Source: an uncultured Acetatifactor sp. (GTDB lineage: Bacteria > Bacillota > Clostridia > Lachnospirales > Lachnospiraceae). From it: 64,000 nt of DNA. Both the position numbers and the translations under genes were made by a program. The notes beneath the pieces are model-generated. The model searched no databases and was not told the origin of the DNA. It saw only the letters and a list, made by a program, of their open reading frames with translations. The stretch lies in assembly GCA_947629645.1 (NCBI GenBank), contig CANREV010000005.1:12067-76066 (forward strand), written 5' to 3'. Every line of letters begins with the position of its first letter. Position 1 is the first letter of the stretch. This document shows, piece after piece, positions 27,801 to 36,148 of the stretch.

Positions 27801-29567
27801 AAGCTGGTCTGGAAATCCGTGGAAGACGGCTATCTGGTGGGGTCGAGAGGGTCTGTGGGAAGTTCTTTCGTGGCTACCATGGCGGGGATCACGGAAGTAA
27901 ATCCCTTAAGTCCCCATTACTATTGCAGTAAGTGCCACTATGTGGATTTTGAGAGCGAGGAAGTGAAAGCTTACGCGGGCAGGGCTGGTATCGATATGCC
28001 CGACAGGATCTGCCCTGTCTGTGGGGAAAAGCTGAACAAGGACGGATTCGACATCCCCTTTGAAACGTTTCTGGGTTTTAAGGGCGACAAGGAGCCGGAT
28101 ATCGATCTGAATTTTTCCGGCGAATATCAATCCAAGGCTCATAAGTATACGGAGGTCATTTTCGGGGCCGGACAGACTTTCCGGGCGGGAACGATCGCCA
28201 CTCTGGCGGACAAGACGGCTTTCGGTTATGTGAAAAATTATTTTGAAGAGCGGGGGCAGCATAAGCGATACGGTGAGATCAACAGGCTGGCGCTTGGCTG
28301 TACGGGCGTCAGACGCAGCACGGGACAGCACCCCGGCGGGATCGTGGTATTGCCCCTGGGGCAGGATATCAATTCCTTCACGCCGGTGCAGCATCCCGCC
28401 AACGATATGGAGACGGACACCATCACCACTCATTTTGATTATCACTCCATCGATCACAATCTGCTGAAGCTGGATATTCTGGGACACGATGATCCCACGA
28501 TGATCCGTATGCTGCAGGATATGACGGGGAGAGATCCTCTCACTATTCCGCTGGACGGGGCGGACGTCATGAGTCTGTTTCAGAATACGGACGCTCTGGG
28601 AATCACGCCGGAGCAGATCGGGGGGACCAGACTGGGCTGCCTTGGCATCCCGGAATTCGGCACCGACTTTGCCATGCAGATGGTCATTGACGCAAAGCCG
28701 CAGGCTTTTTCCGATCTGGTGCGGATCTCGGGGCTTTCCCATGGAACCAATGTGTGGCTGGGCAACGCGCAGGATCTGATCATGAGCGGCAAGGCCACCA
28801 TCTCCACCGCCATATGTACCCGCGATGACATCATGTTGTATCTGATCCAGATGGGAGTGGAATCGGAGAAAGCCTTCAAGATCATGGAGGCTGTGCGAAA
28901 GGGACAGGTGGCTAAGGGGAAATGCGGCCAGTGGCAGGAGTGGAAAGAGGATATGCTGGCCCACAATGTGCCGGACTGGTATGTGGAATCCTGCCAGAAG
29001 ATCGAGTATATGTTTCCCAAGGCTCACGCGGCGGCATACGTTATGATGGCATGGCGGATCGCTTACTGTAAGATTCACTATCCGTTAGCTTACTATGGAG
29101 CCTTTTTCAGCATCCGCGCAAAAGGTTTTTCCTATGAGCTCATGTGCCAGGGCAGAGAGCATCTGGAGGCTCTTATGGCGGATTACAAAAGGCGGATGGA
29201 GCTGGATAAAAACAGCGCGGAAAAGCTTTCCGATAAGGATAAGGACGTTTACGGGACCATGCGTGTGGTTCAGGAGATGTACGCGAGGGGATTCGAGTTC
29301 GAGCCGATCGATATTTTCCGCGTCCAGTCCAGATCGTTCCAGATCGTGGACGGCAAACTGATGCCCTCTTTAAACAGCATCGAGGGAATGGGCGAAAAAG
29401 CGGCGGACGCCATTGTGGAAGCCGCCAAGGACGGCCCTTTTCTGTCAAAGGATGATTTCAGGGAGCGGACAAAGGCTTCCAAAACGATTGTAGATGTGAT
29501 GGCAAAACTGGGATTGCTGGGTAATCTGCCGGAGTCAAACCAGTTGAGTCTGTTTGAACTGTTATGA
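24849..29567 (+). CDS. polC: DNA polymerase III PolC-type
   Basis: PHP ELHCHTKMS, exonuclease VFDIETTG / HNANFD / HRAVDDA, RGSVGSS, Zn finger, PDIDLNF, YMFPKAHAAAY. Confidence 0.97.
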   Translation: MKPFFETFPTLKLNQPLYDIMEQTEVERVSATKKRDFLRIYLFSTRLILKEDIWQTEKEIKTQLFPNADLSVKIQERFELSSQYTLENLVSAYRDSILAELRDYSHIEYNAFKQAQIDYPETDRLLLTLEDTVINRSRQEELVRILEKVLVERCGFSVRVETTYREAQEGKFARDNELKLQLKVDEIYSRVRKSETSASGTLKGEESAGSLGRNGSSSGESICQGGREVYDGSNGPKEASGAQKDLRDTMEGAHEADTSSKQTAGTFGGATKSFQGKGEFGKRGFGKGEFRRGEFRRSDSFKHSDHPDVIYGRDFEDEAIPIEDVIGEIGEVVIRGKILKSDVRELRNEKSMISFDVTDYTDTMTVKLFAKSEQTKEITGNLKTGTCVKIKGVSMMDRYDHELTLGSLTGIKKIPDFAQLRMDTAPRKRVELHCHTKMSDMDGVSEAKDIVKRACQWGHRAIAITDHGVVQGFTDANHVWDDLWSEEKKKRSQAGDPHPDKQDFFKVIYGVEAYLVDDLKEIVTNDKGQSLDEEFVVFDIETTGFSPVNNRIIEIGAVKVSGGNVTDRFSAFVNPQVPIPFEIEKLTGIRDDMVMDAPLIEEVLPRFLKFCEGCVLVAHNANFDMSFIMENARRQGLPTEYTYVDTVGIARILLPHQSKHTLDAVAKTLNISLENHHRAVDDAECTAWIFLKFIKMLEEKEIHTLSQVNEMGAASEELVKKLPSYHAIILAKNDLGRINLYRLVSASHLTYFSRHPRIPKSLVMKYREGLILGSACEAGELYRALLDGQSDIQIARLVNFYDYLEIQPCGNNQFMIHSNKVRNVNSLEDIQNINRRIVKLGEQFHKPVAATCDVHFLDPQDEVYRRIIMAGKGFEDADEQAPLYLHTTEEMLEEFAYLGSDKAYEVVVKNTNMIADMVETIAPVRPDKCPPVIPDSDKILTKICYDKAHEIYGPDLPKIVEDRLQRELNSIISNGFAVMYIIAQKLVWKSVEDGYLVGSRGSVGSSFVATMAGITEVNPLSPHYYCSKCHYVDFESEEVKAYAGRAGIDMPDRICPVCGEKLNKDGFDIPFETFLGFKGDKEPDIDLNFSGEYQSKAHKYTEVIFGAGQTFRAGTIATLADKTAFGYVKNYFEERGQHKRYGEINRLALGCTGVRRSTGQHPGGIVVLPLGQDINSFTPVQHPANDMETDTITTHFDYHSIDHNLLKLDILGHDDPTMIRMLQDMTGRDPLTIPLDGADVMSLFQNTDALGITPEQIGGTRLGCLGIPEFGTDFAMQMVIDAKPQAFSDLVRISGLSHGTNVWLGNAQDLIMSGKATISTAICTRDDIMLYLIQMGVESEKAFKIMEAVRKGQVAKGKCGQWQEWKEDMLAHNVPDWYVESCQKIEYMFPKAHAAAYVMMAWRIAYCKIHYPLAYYGAFFSIRAKGFSYELMCQGREHLEALMADYKRRMELDKNSAEKLSDKDKDVYGTMRVVQEMYARGFEFEPIDIFRVQSRSFQIVDGKLMPSLNSIEGMGEKAADAIVEAAKDGPFLSKDDFRERTKASKTIVDVMAKLGLLGNLPESNQLSLFELL

Positions 29568-29617
29568 ATGGCGCGGGCAGAAACTGTTGCGAATTGTAAA
29601 AAAAGTTTAAAAAATAC

Positions 29618-29646
29618 TTGCAATTTCTAAAAATATGTATTATCAT
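29618..29646 (+). promoter_or_regulatory. sigma-A promoter of the tRNA
   Basis: TTGCAA-N17-TATCAT. Confidence 0.65.
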
Positions 29647-29697
29647 AAGCAAGTACCGGTGTTGACGGTGCGGACATTGATGTATCAATGTTTAGAT

Positions 29698-29769
29698 GGC
29701 TGATTGGTCAAGCGGTTAAGACGCCGCCCTCTCACGGCGGAAACAGGGGTTCGATTCCCCTATCAGCTG
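29698..29769 (+). tRNA. tRNA-Glu (anticodon CTC); CCA not encoded
   Basis: Cloverleaf: GGCTGAT/ATCAGCT acceptor stem (G1-U72), D arm GTC..GAC, anticodon stem CCGCC-CT CTC AC-GGCGG, T arm AGGGG TTCGATT CCCCT. Confidence 0.96.
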
Positions 29770-29775
29770 TGTTGG

Positions 29776-29827
29776 AAACCTTGTAACCACTCTGAAATGT
29801 GGATTGCAGGGTTTTCTTTTTTGTATT
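29776..29827 (+). terminator. Long hairpin plus T-tract after tRNA-Glu
   Basis: AAACCTTGTAA-CCAC-tctgaaat-GTGG-a-TTGCAGGGTTT followed by TCTTTTTT. Confidence 0.7.
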
Positions 29828-29832
29828 TTTGC

Positions 29833-29861
29833 TTTGAAATACCTTTGAAATACGTTTGAAA
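29833..29861. repeat. 11-bp-period direct repeat (TTTGAAATAC x2 plus TTTGAAA)
   Basis: tttgaaatac c tttgaaatac g tttgaaa. Confidence 0.8.
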
Positions 29862-29868
29862 GAAAAAC

Positions 29869-29897
29869 TTGCGTCCCATAGATTTTTGGTGTATAGT
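29869..29897 (+). promoter_or_regulatory. Putative sigma-A promoter of topA
   Basis: TTGCGT-N17-TATAGT. Confidence 0.5.
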
Positions 29898-29998
29898 GGT
29901 TCACAGTTGAACCCTTCCGGGGCAGTTTTATGACTTTTCCAGAATTTGTATAAAATTTTTACCATTATATATAGAAGAAACAAAAAAATTTACGGGAC
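29873..29998. repeat. Imperfect 15-bp inverted repeats enclosing a 126-bp segment
   Basis: GTCCCATAGATTTTT (29873-29887) versus AAAAATTTACGGGAC (29984-29998), 13/15 complementary. Confidence 0.6.
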
Positions 29999-30044
29999 AT
30001 TAGTTCCAAGATCATATAGCAAAATGGGAAAAGAGGAGTTTACA

Positions 30045-32123
30045 ATGGCAAAGTATCTGGTTATTGTGGAATCGCCTGCAAAAGTAAAAACCATTAAGAA
30101 GTTTCTGGGACCAAACTATGAGGTGGCGGCCAGCAACGGGCACGTCCGCGACCTGCCTAAGAGCACTCTGGGCATTGATGTGGAACATAATTATGAACCG
30201 AAATATATCACCATCCGCGGGAAAGGGGATATTCTGGCGAATCTGCGCAAAGAGGTGAAGAAAGCGGAGAAAATCTATCTTGCCACCGACCCCGACCGTG
30301 AGGGAGAGGCTATCTCATGGCATCTGTATCACGCGCTGAAGCTGGAAGACAAAAAGGTATACCGGATCACTTTTAACGAGATCACTAAAAACGCGGTGAA
30401 GGAATCTTTGAAAAACGCGAGAGAGATCGATATGAATCTGGTGGATGCCCAGCAGGCGCGCCGCGTGCTGGACCGCATGGTGGGATACCGCATCTCCCCC
30501 TTATTGTGGGAGAAGATCAAGAGAGGCTTAAGCGCGGGAAGAGTTCAGTCGGTGGCGCTGCGTATTATCTGTGACAGAGAGGATGAGATCAATTCCTTTG
30601 TACCGGAAGAATACTGGTCTCTGGATGTGAATCTGAATGTAAAAGGTGAAAAAAACCCTGTTGCGGCAAAGTATTACGGAACGGCGGACGGCAGGCAGAC
30701 CATCGCCTCTAAGGAGCAGGCACAGGAGATCATGGACGCCTTAAAGGGAGAAAGCTTTCATGTCACTGAGGTAAAAAAAGGAGAGCGCGTTAAGAGGGCG
30801 CCTCTGCCTTTTACCACGTCAACATTGCAGCAGGAGGCCAGCAAGGCGCTGAATTTTTCAACCCAGAAAACCATGCGCCTTGCCCAGCAGCTTTATGAGG
30901 GCGTAGAAATCAAGGGAGAGGGAACGGTTGGACTGATCACTTATCTGCGTACCGATTCTGCCAGAGTGTCTGAAGAGGCTGAGACTATGGCCCGGAAGTT
31001 TATCGGGGAGAAATATTCGGAGGCTTATCAGGCGGATGCGGTGGCGGAGAAAAAGAGTAGTCAGAAGATACAGGATGCCCATGAGGCGATCCGGCCCACG
31101 GACATCTACCGGATGCCGCCTGAGATCAAAGAACAGCTTCCCAGAGACCTGTTCAGGCTCTATCAGCTGATCTGGAAGCGCTTCACGGCCAGCCGTATGA
31201 GCGCCGCCAGATATGAGACAACCACTGTCAGGATACAGGCGGGCGGGCATTTCTTTACGGTATCGGCTTCCAGATGCCTTTTTGATGGTTTCATGAGCGT
31301 GTATACGTCTGATGAGGATAAGGAGGAGAAAAACACTTTGACGGGCGGATTGGACCGTGACAGTGAACTTTCCTTTGTCTCTTTTGCGCCGGCCCAGCAT
31401 TTTACCCAGCCTCCCGCCCGCTACACGGAGGCGTCTTTAGTGAAGGCGCTGGAGGAGCTTGGGATCGGACGTCCCAGCACTTACGCGCCTACCATTACTA
31501 CAATCCTGGCGAGGCGTTATGTGGCGAAGGAAAATAAAAACCTCTATGTGACGGAACTGGGCGAAGTGGTCAACAATATGATGAAAAAGGCGTTTCCTTC
31601 CATCGTGGATGTGAATTTTACGGCCAATATGGAGGCCCTTCTGGACGGCGTGGAGGAGGGGAGCGTCAAATGGCGCACAATTGTCTCAAATTTTTATCCC
31701 GATCTTGACGAAGCGGTGCAGCAGGCGGAAAAGGATCTGGCGGAAGTAAAGCTTGCGGATGAAGTCAGCGATGAAGTCTGTGAGCTGTGCGGAAGAAATA
31801 TGGTGATCAAATACGGCCCTCACGGGCGTTTCCTTGCCTGTCCGGGATTTCCTGAGTGCCGCAATACCAAACCTTATTTCGAGAAGATCGGCGTGGCCTG
31901 CCCTAAATGCGGCAGGGATATTGTGCTGAAAAAGACGAAAAAAGGGAGAAAATATTACGGCTGTATTGATAATCCCAACTGCGATTACATGGTGTGGCAG
32001 AAACCCTCGGGAGAAATGTGCCCCCGGTGCAATTCCATGCTTCTGGAAAAAGGGAATAAGCTGGTATGCTCCAATGAACAGTGCGGATATCATGTATTGT
32101 CAGAATTGTCACATAAATCATAA
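30045..32123 (+). CDS. topA: DNA topoisomerase I (type IA)
   Basis: LVIVESPAK, GHVRDL, ATDPDREGEAI, SAGRVQS, ITYLRTDS (catalytic Tyr), C-terminal Zn ribbons; start 30045 after GAGGAG. Confidence 0.98.
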   Translation: MAKYLVIVESPAKVKTIKKFLGPNYEVAASNGHVRDLPKSTLGIDVEHNYEPKYITIRGKGDILANLRKEVKKAEKIYLATDPDREGEAISWHLYHALKLEDKKVYRITFNEITKNAVKESLKNAREIDMNLVDAQQARRVLDRMVGYRISPLLWEKIKRGLSAGRVQSVALRIICDREDEINSFVPEEYWSLDVNLNVKGEKNPVAAKYYGTADGRQTIASKEQAQEIMDALKGESFHVTEVKKGERVKRAPLPFTTSTLQQEASKALNFSTQKTMRLAQQLYEGVEIKGEGTVGLITYLRTDSARVSEEAETMARKFIGEKYSEAYQADAVAEKKSSQKIQDAHEAIRPTDIYRMPPEIKEQLPRDLFRLYQLIWKRFTASRMSAARYETTTVRIQAGGHFFTVSASRCLFDGFMSVYTSDEDKEEKNTLTGGLDRDSELSFVSFAPAQHFTQPPARYTEASLVKALEELGIGRPSTYAPTITTILARRYVAKENKNLYVTELGEVVNNMMKKAFPSIVDVNFTANMEALLDGVEEGSVKWRTIVSNFYPDLDEAVQQAEKDLAEVKLADEVSDEVCELCGRNMVIKYGPHGRFLACPGFPECRNTKPYFEKIGVACPKCGRDIVLKKTKKGRKYYGCIDNPNCDYMVWQKPSGEMCPRCNSMLLEKGNKLVCSNEQCGYHVLSELSHKS

Positions 32124-32137
32124 TTTTTAAGAAAATT
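32123..32137 (+). promoter_or_regulatory. Putative CodY box upstream of codY
   Basis: ATTTTTAAGAAAATT, 13/15 match to AATTTTCWGAAAATT. Confidence 0.5.
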
Positions 32138-32160
32138 ATTGAATAATTACTGCTTTTGAG

Positions 32161-32189
32161 TTGCAATTTTCCGCGGAGTATGTTAATAT
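32161..32189 (+). promoter_or_regulatory. sigma-A promoter of codY
   Basis: TTGCAA-N17-TAATAT with extended -10 TG. Confidence 0.55.
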
Positions 32190-32231
32190 AGACACTAAGA
32201 TTTGACGATACGGCAAAACGGAGGAGAACTT

Positions 32232-33020
32232 ATGAGCAGTGTACAGTTGCTGGATAAGACCCGCAAGATCGAAAAATTGCTGCATAACAATAATTCCAGC
32301 AAGGTCGTTTTCAACGACATCTGCAAAGTCATGCGGGAGATTTTGAATTCCAATGTCCTGGTGATCAGCCGGAAGGGAAAAGTGTTGGGAGTCGGGAAAT
32401 CGGACGGCATCGATTCCATTCATGAACTGATAGACGAAAACGTAGGCGGATTTATCGACCCTATGCTCAATGAGAGGCTCCTTGGAGTGCTCTCCACCAA
32501 AGAGAACGTCAATCTGGAAACGCTGGGCTTTGAGAACCCGGATATCAAAAGGTTTCAGGCGATCATCACGCCCATTGAGATCGCGGGGGAGCGGCTGGGG
32601 ACGCTGTTTATCTATAAGTGCGATACCCAGTATGATATCGATGACATTATCCTCTGCGAGTACGGTACGACGGTGGTAGGGCTGGAGATGCTGCGTGCGG
32701 TGAATGAAGAGAACGCGGAGGAGAGCCGTAAGGTGGCGGTGGTAAAGTCCGCGATCAGTACGCTTTCTTTTTCAGAGATGGAAGCGATCACCCATATTTT
32801 CGATGAGTTGAACGGCATGGAGGGGATTCTGGTAGCCAGCAAGATTGCCGACAGAGTGGGGATCACGAGATCTGTGATCGTCAATGCGCTGAGGAAGTTC
32901 GAGAGCGCCGGCGTGATCGAATCCCGTTCCTCCGGTATGAAGGGGACTTACATCAAGGTGCTCAACGATGTGGTCTTTGACGAGATTGAGGAACTGAAGC
33001 GCCAGAGTCAGAAGAATTGA
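32232..33020 (+). CDS. codY: GTP/BCAA-sensing pleiotropic repressor CodY
   Basis: GAF domain plus TLSFSE and ASKIADRVGITRSVIVNALRKFESAGVIESRSSGMKGTYIK. Confidence 0.98.
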   Translation: MSSVQLLDKTRKIEKLLHNNNSSKVVFNDICKVMREILNSNVLVISRKGKVLGVGKSDGIDSIHELIDENVGGFIDPMLNERLLGVLSTKENVNLETLGFENPDIKRFQAIITPIEIAGERLGTLFIYKCDTQYDIDDIILCEYGTTVVGLEMLRAVNEENAEESRKVAVVKSAISTLSFSEMEAITHIFDELNGMEGILVASKIADRVGITRSVIVNALRKFESAGVIESRSSGMKGTYIKVLNDVVFDEIEELKRQSQKN

Positions 33021-33172
33021 TCAGCCGCGGCGGGAAGAGCCGGCGGGATAATCTGTATAAAATGAATAAAACCGACAAACGGATTTGGCGGTTTCGAGGT
33101 TGGAAAATAAAGGGATTTATTGTAAATACAGTAGATCCCTTTTCATTTTTTTCATAAAAATGCATAAAATGA

Positions 33173-33200
33173 TTGTTTTTTTGCGGAAAGTAACTATAAT
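33173..33200 (+). promoter_or_regulatory. Putative sigma-A promoter of the fla/che operon
   Basis: TTGTTT-N16-TATAAT after an AT-rich UP-like tract. Confidence 0.5.
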
Positions 33201-33256
33201 AGAAGTAAGTGGGTTATTGCGTCCACTTTGTTCGTGTGTGAAGAAAGGAGACATTT

Positions 33257-33646
33257 ATGGTTCAGACCAACGTATTTGATTATGTGAGAGTCCTTGATAA
33301 GGCGGCGGATGCGAGCTGGCTGCGCAACGAGGCGATCTCTAACAATATTGCCAATGTGGCCACTCCCGGCTATAAGAGACAGGATGTGGCCTTTGAATCA
33401 GTGCTGAAATCGGCGCTGGGAAGCAGCAGGTATGTTTCCACTGACCAGAAGGTGGCGGACGTCAGATCCGCGGCTTTAGACCCCAGACCGTACACGGATT
33501 ACGCAAATTATTCTTACAGACTCGATGGGAATAATGTGGACGTTGACAATGAAAATGTGATGCTGGCCCAGAACCAGTTGAAATATGAGGGACTGATCAA
33601 CAGTATCAATCAGGAGTTTGCCAATCTGCAGGCCGTGATGAAATAG
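33257..33646 (+). CDS. flgB: Flagellar basal-body rod protein FlgB
   Basis: ISNNIANVATPGYK, DGNNVDVD. Confidence 0.96.
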   Translation: MVQTNVFDYVRVLDKAADASWLRNEAISNNIANVATPGYKRQDVAFESVLKSALGSSRYVSTDQKVADVRSAALDPRPYTDYANYSYRLDGNNVDVDNENVMLAQNQLKYEGLINSINQEFANLQAVMK

Positions 33647-33659
33647 GAGGTAGGAAAGT

Positions 33660-34109
33660 ATGAGCATGTTTGACGCTTTTAATATCAATGCTTCGGGTCT
33701 CACCGCCCAGAGATACCGGATGGACACGATTTCCGAAAATGTGGCGAATGCCAAGACTACGAGGACCGCGGACGGCACTCCTTATCGCAGGAAGATTGTG
33801 ACGTTTGAGGAAAAGGGCGGGCAGACGTCTTTCAGTCATGTGCTGGGAGAGGCGGCTTACTCCCACGGTTATACCGGAAAGGGCGTAAAGGTTTCCGGCG
33901 TCTATGAGGATCAGGAGACAGAGATGAATATGGTGTATGACCCCTCCCATCCCGATGCGGATGAGAACGGTTATGTTACCTATCCCAATGTCAATATCAT
34001 TACGGAGATGACCAATATGATCGATGCCAGCAGGGCTTATGAAGCGAATGCCACGGCGTTTAGTTCAAGCAAATCTATGGCCTTAAAGGGGCTGCAGATG
34101 AACAGTTAA
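33660..34109 (+). CDS. flgC: Flagellar basal-body rod protein FlgC
   Basis: ASGLTAQRYRMD..SENVAN, YDPSHPDAD..GYVTYPNVN, RAYEAN. Confidence 0.96.
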   Translation: MSMFDAFNINASGLTAQRYRMDTISENVANAKTTRTADGTPYRRKIVTFEEKGGQTSFSHVLGEAAYSHGYTGKGVKVSGVYEDQETEMNMVYDPSHPDADENGYVTYPNVNIITEMTNMIDASRAYEANATAFSSSKSMALKGLQMNS

Positions 34110-34144
34110 GGGTGATCTGCGGCATCAGGTGAAGGAGGATATCA

Positions 34145-34483
34145 ATGGACTTATCAGCGATCAATGGAATTGCAGGGTTAAAAGGATTAAGGGAAACGTC
34201 ACAGGTCTCTTCGCTCACGGGGACGCTTGCTGAAAAAGGGGACAAAACTGACGGTACGATGTTTGAGTCCTTTCTGAATTCCGCGATTCAGAATATCAAG
34301 ACAACGAACGGTTATTTGTCGGATGCGGAGGACGAGAAGATCAGGTTTGCCATGGGAGAGACGGAATACCCCCATGATCTGACGATCGCGTTGCAGAAAG
34401 CTTTTACCGCGCTGCAGTATACCGTGGCTATCAGAGACAGGTTCCTGGAGGCCTACAAAGAGATCATGCAGATGCAGATCTGA
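34145..34483 (+). CDS. fliE: Hook-basal body complex protein FliE
   Basis: FESFLNSAI...ALQYTVAIRDRFLEAYKEIMQMQI. Confidence 0.93.
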   Translation: MDLSAINGIAGLKGLRETSQVSSLTGTLAEKGDKTDGTMFESFLNSAIQNIKTTNGYLSDAEDEKIRFAMGETEYPHDLTIALQKAFTALQYTVAIRDRFLEAYKEIMQMQI

Positions 34484-34518
34484 TGATCCGCGGAAAAAGT
34501 AACTAGGGGAGAAACGCA

Positions 34519-36123
34519 ATGGCTGACAGGCTGAAAGAAATACCGGCAAAAGTGCTGGAGTGGTGGAAGAAATTTACGGCGAAGCAGAGAACGATCATTA
34601 TCTCTATCGCCGGAGTGGTGATCTTTACACTGGCGATCATCATATGGACCTTTACAAGACCGCAGTATACACGGCTGGGCACCTATGAAAACACAACGGT
34701 GGCTGCGGAGATCATAAAAATTCTGGATGACGCGGAGATCACGCACAGGGAGAGCGCCGATCTTCTGACGATCGAAGTGGAGACGGAGCAGCTTCCTCAG
34801 GCGAATTACGCCATTGCAGTGGCGGGGTATATGCCGGATGACTTAAAATACGATAATTTCGTAAGCAGCAGCATGTCCGCCACCAATTCGGACAAAGAAA
34901 AGCAGTACGGCATTTTCCTGCAGAAAGAGCTGGAGGCCAGCTTCAGCTCCATCACTTCCGTAAAAGGCGTCACGGCTTACTTACATATTCCCGAACAGAC
35001 GGGAACGCTGATGAGGGAAAAAGTGGAGTCTTCGGCATATATCCAACTGACGCTGGACGGGGAATTTTCTTCTGCCAACGCGGTGGCTATGGCTAAGGCG
35101 GCGGCTACTTTTTTAGGGAACGATACCACTGCCAACATTACCATCCTGGATCAGGACGCCAATATCCTGTTTGCGGGCGGCGATGATTACAGCACGGCAG
35201 GGATCGCCAATTCCCTTCAGGAACTGCAGGACCAGGCGGAGTCCATGGTGGCGAATCAGGTAAAAAGGGTGCTGCTTGGGACCAACCAGTACAATAACGT
35301 GGAGGTAGCCAGCCATCTGGTGATGGATTACTCCAATTATGAGGAAAACCTCAAGGAGTATTATGCGAACGATGACCGGACGGAGGGGATGCTCGCAAAC
35401 GAGAAGACTTATGAGTCTGAGAGCACCAACGGCGTGGCCGGTGTGCCGGGAACGGATTCCAATGGAGAGAACGGCGCGACCACTACATATGTAAATCCGG
35501 ACAGCGCTACCAGCGAGTCCTCTTCCCAGGAGACGGACCGCAGCTATCTGCCAAACGAGCGCGACAGATATACGGTCTCTCCGGCGGGAAGCATAGATTA
35601 TGCCACTTCTTCCATGTCTATCGCCATGATTACCTATCATAAATATTATTATGACGAGGTCAAAAATCAGGGGCTTTTGGACGGCACCAGCTGGGAAGAA
35701 TTTAAGACCGCCAACAGCGCGGATGTCCGTATGACGGTGGACGAGGAGTTTTATGAGATGGCGGCAAACGCTACCGGCATCGGCAGGGACCGGATCACCA
35801 TCATCGCTTATGAATCGCCTATCTTTTATGACAAGGAACCGCTGGACGTGGAGGCTACCGATGTCTTAAGCATCGTCATGATCGTACTGATCCTGGGGCT
35901 GTTGGGATTTGTGGTGCTGCGCAGTATGCGTTCCAAGCAGGAGGCGGAGGAGGAGGAAGAACTTTCCGTGGAGAGTATGCTTCAGTCTACGGCTGATACC
36001 ATTGAGGATATCGATGTGGAGACCAAGTCCGAAACGCGTAAGCTGATTGAAAAATTTGTGGATGATAATCCTGAGGCGGCAGCAAATCTGTTAAAGAACT
36101 GGCTGACGGAGGACTGGGGTTAA
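34519..36123 (+). CDS. fliF: Flagellar M-ring protein FliF
   Basis: Two TM helices, PDDLKYD, ELEAS..SI..VK, C-terminal ANLLKNWL; operon position. Confidence 0.9.
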   Translation: MADRLKEIPAKVLEWWKKFTAKQRTIIISIAGVVIFTLAIIIWTFTRPQYTRLGTYENTTVAAEIIKILDDAEITHRESADLLTIEVETEQLPQANYAIAVAGYMPDDLKYDNFVSSSMSATNSDKEKQYGIFLQKELEASFSSITSVKGVTAYLHIPEQTGTLMREKVESSAYIQLTLDGEFSSANAVAMAKAAATFLGNDTTANITILDQDANILFAGGDDYSTAGIANSLQELQDQAESMVANQVKRVLLGTNQYNNVEVASHLVMDYSNYEENLKEYYANDDRTEGMLANEKTYESESTNGVAGVPGTDSNGENGATTTYVNPDSATSESSSQETDRSYLPNERDRYTVSPAGSIDYATSSMSIAMITYHKYYYDEVKNQGLLDGTSWEEFKTANSADVRMTVDEEFYEMAANATGIGRDRITIIAYESPIFYDKEPLDVEATDVLSIVMIVLILGLLGFVVLRSMRSKQEAEEEEELSVESMLQSTADTIEDIDVETKSETRKLIEKFVDDNPEAAANLLKNWLTEDWG

Positions 36124-36148
36124 ACTAAACAGAAACGAGGTTGAGTAT

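Noticed and set aside
29770-30044. Intact prophage, ICE or IS at tRNA-Glu
   Set aside because: Only ~275 bp of non-coding DNA with no integrase or transposase; kept only as a possible scar
33021-33256. c-di-GMP riboswitch or flagellar switch upstream of flgB, as in C. difficile
   Set aside because: No GEMM-type GCAAA/GAAA/GACGCAAAG elements and no convincing long flanking inverted repeats seen
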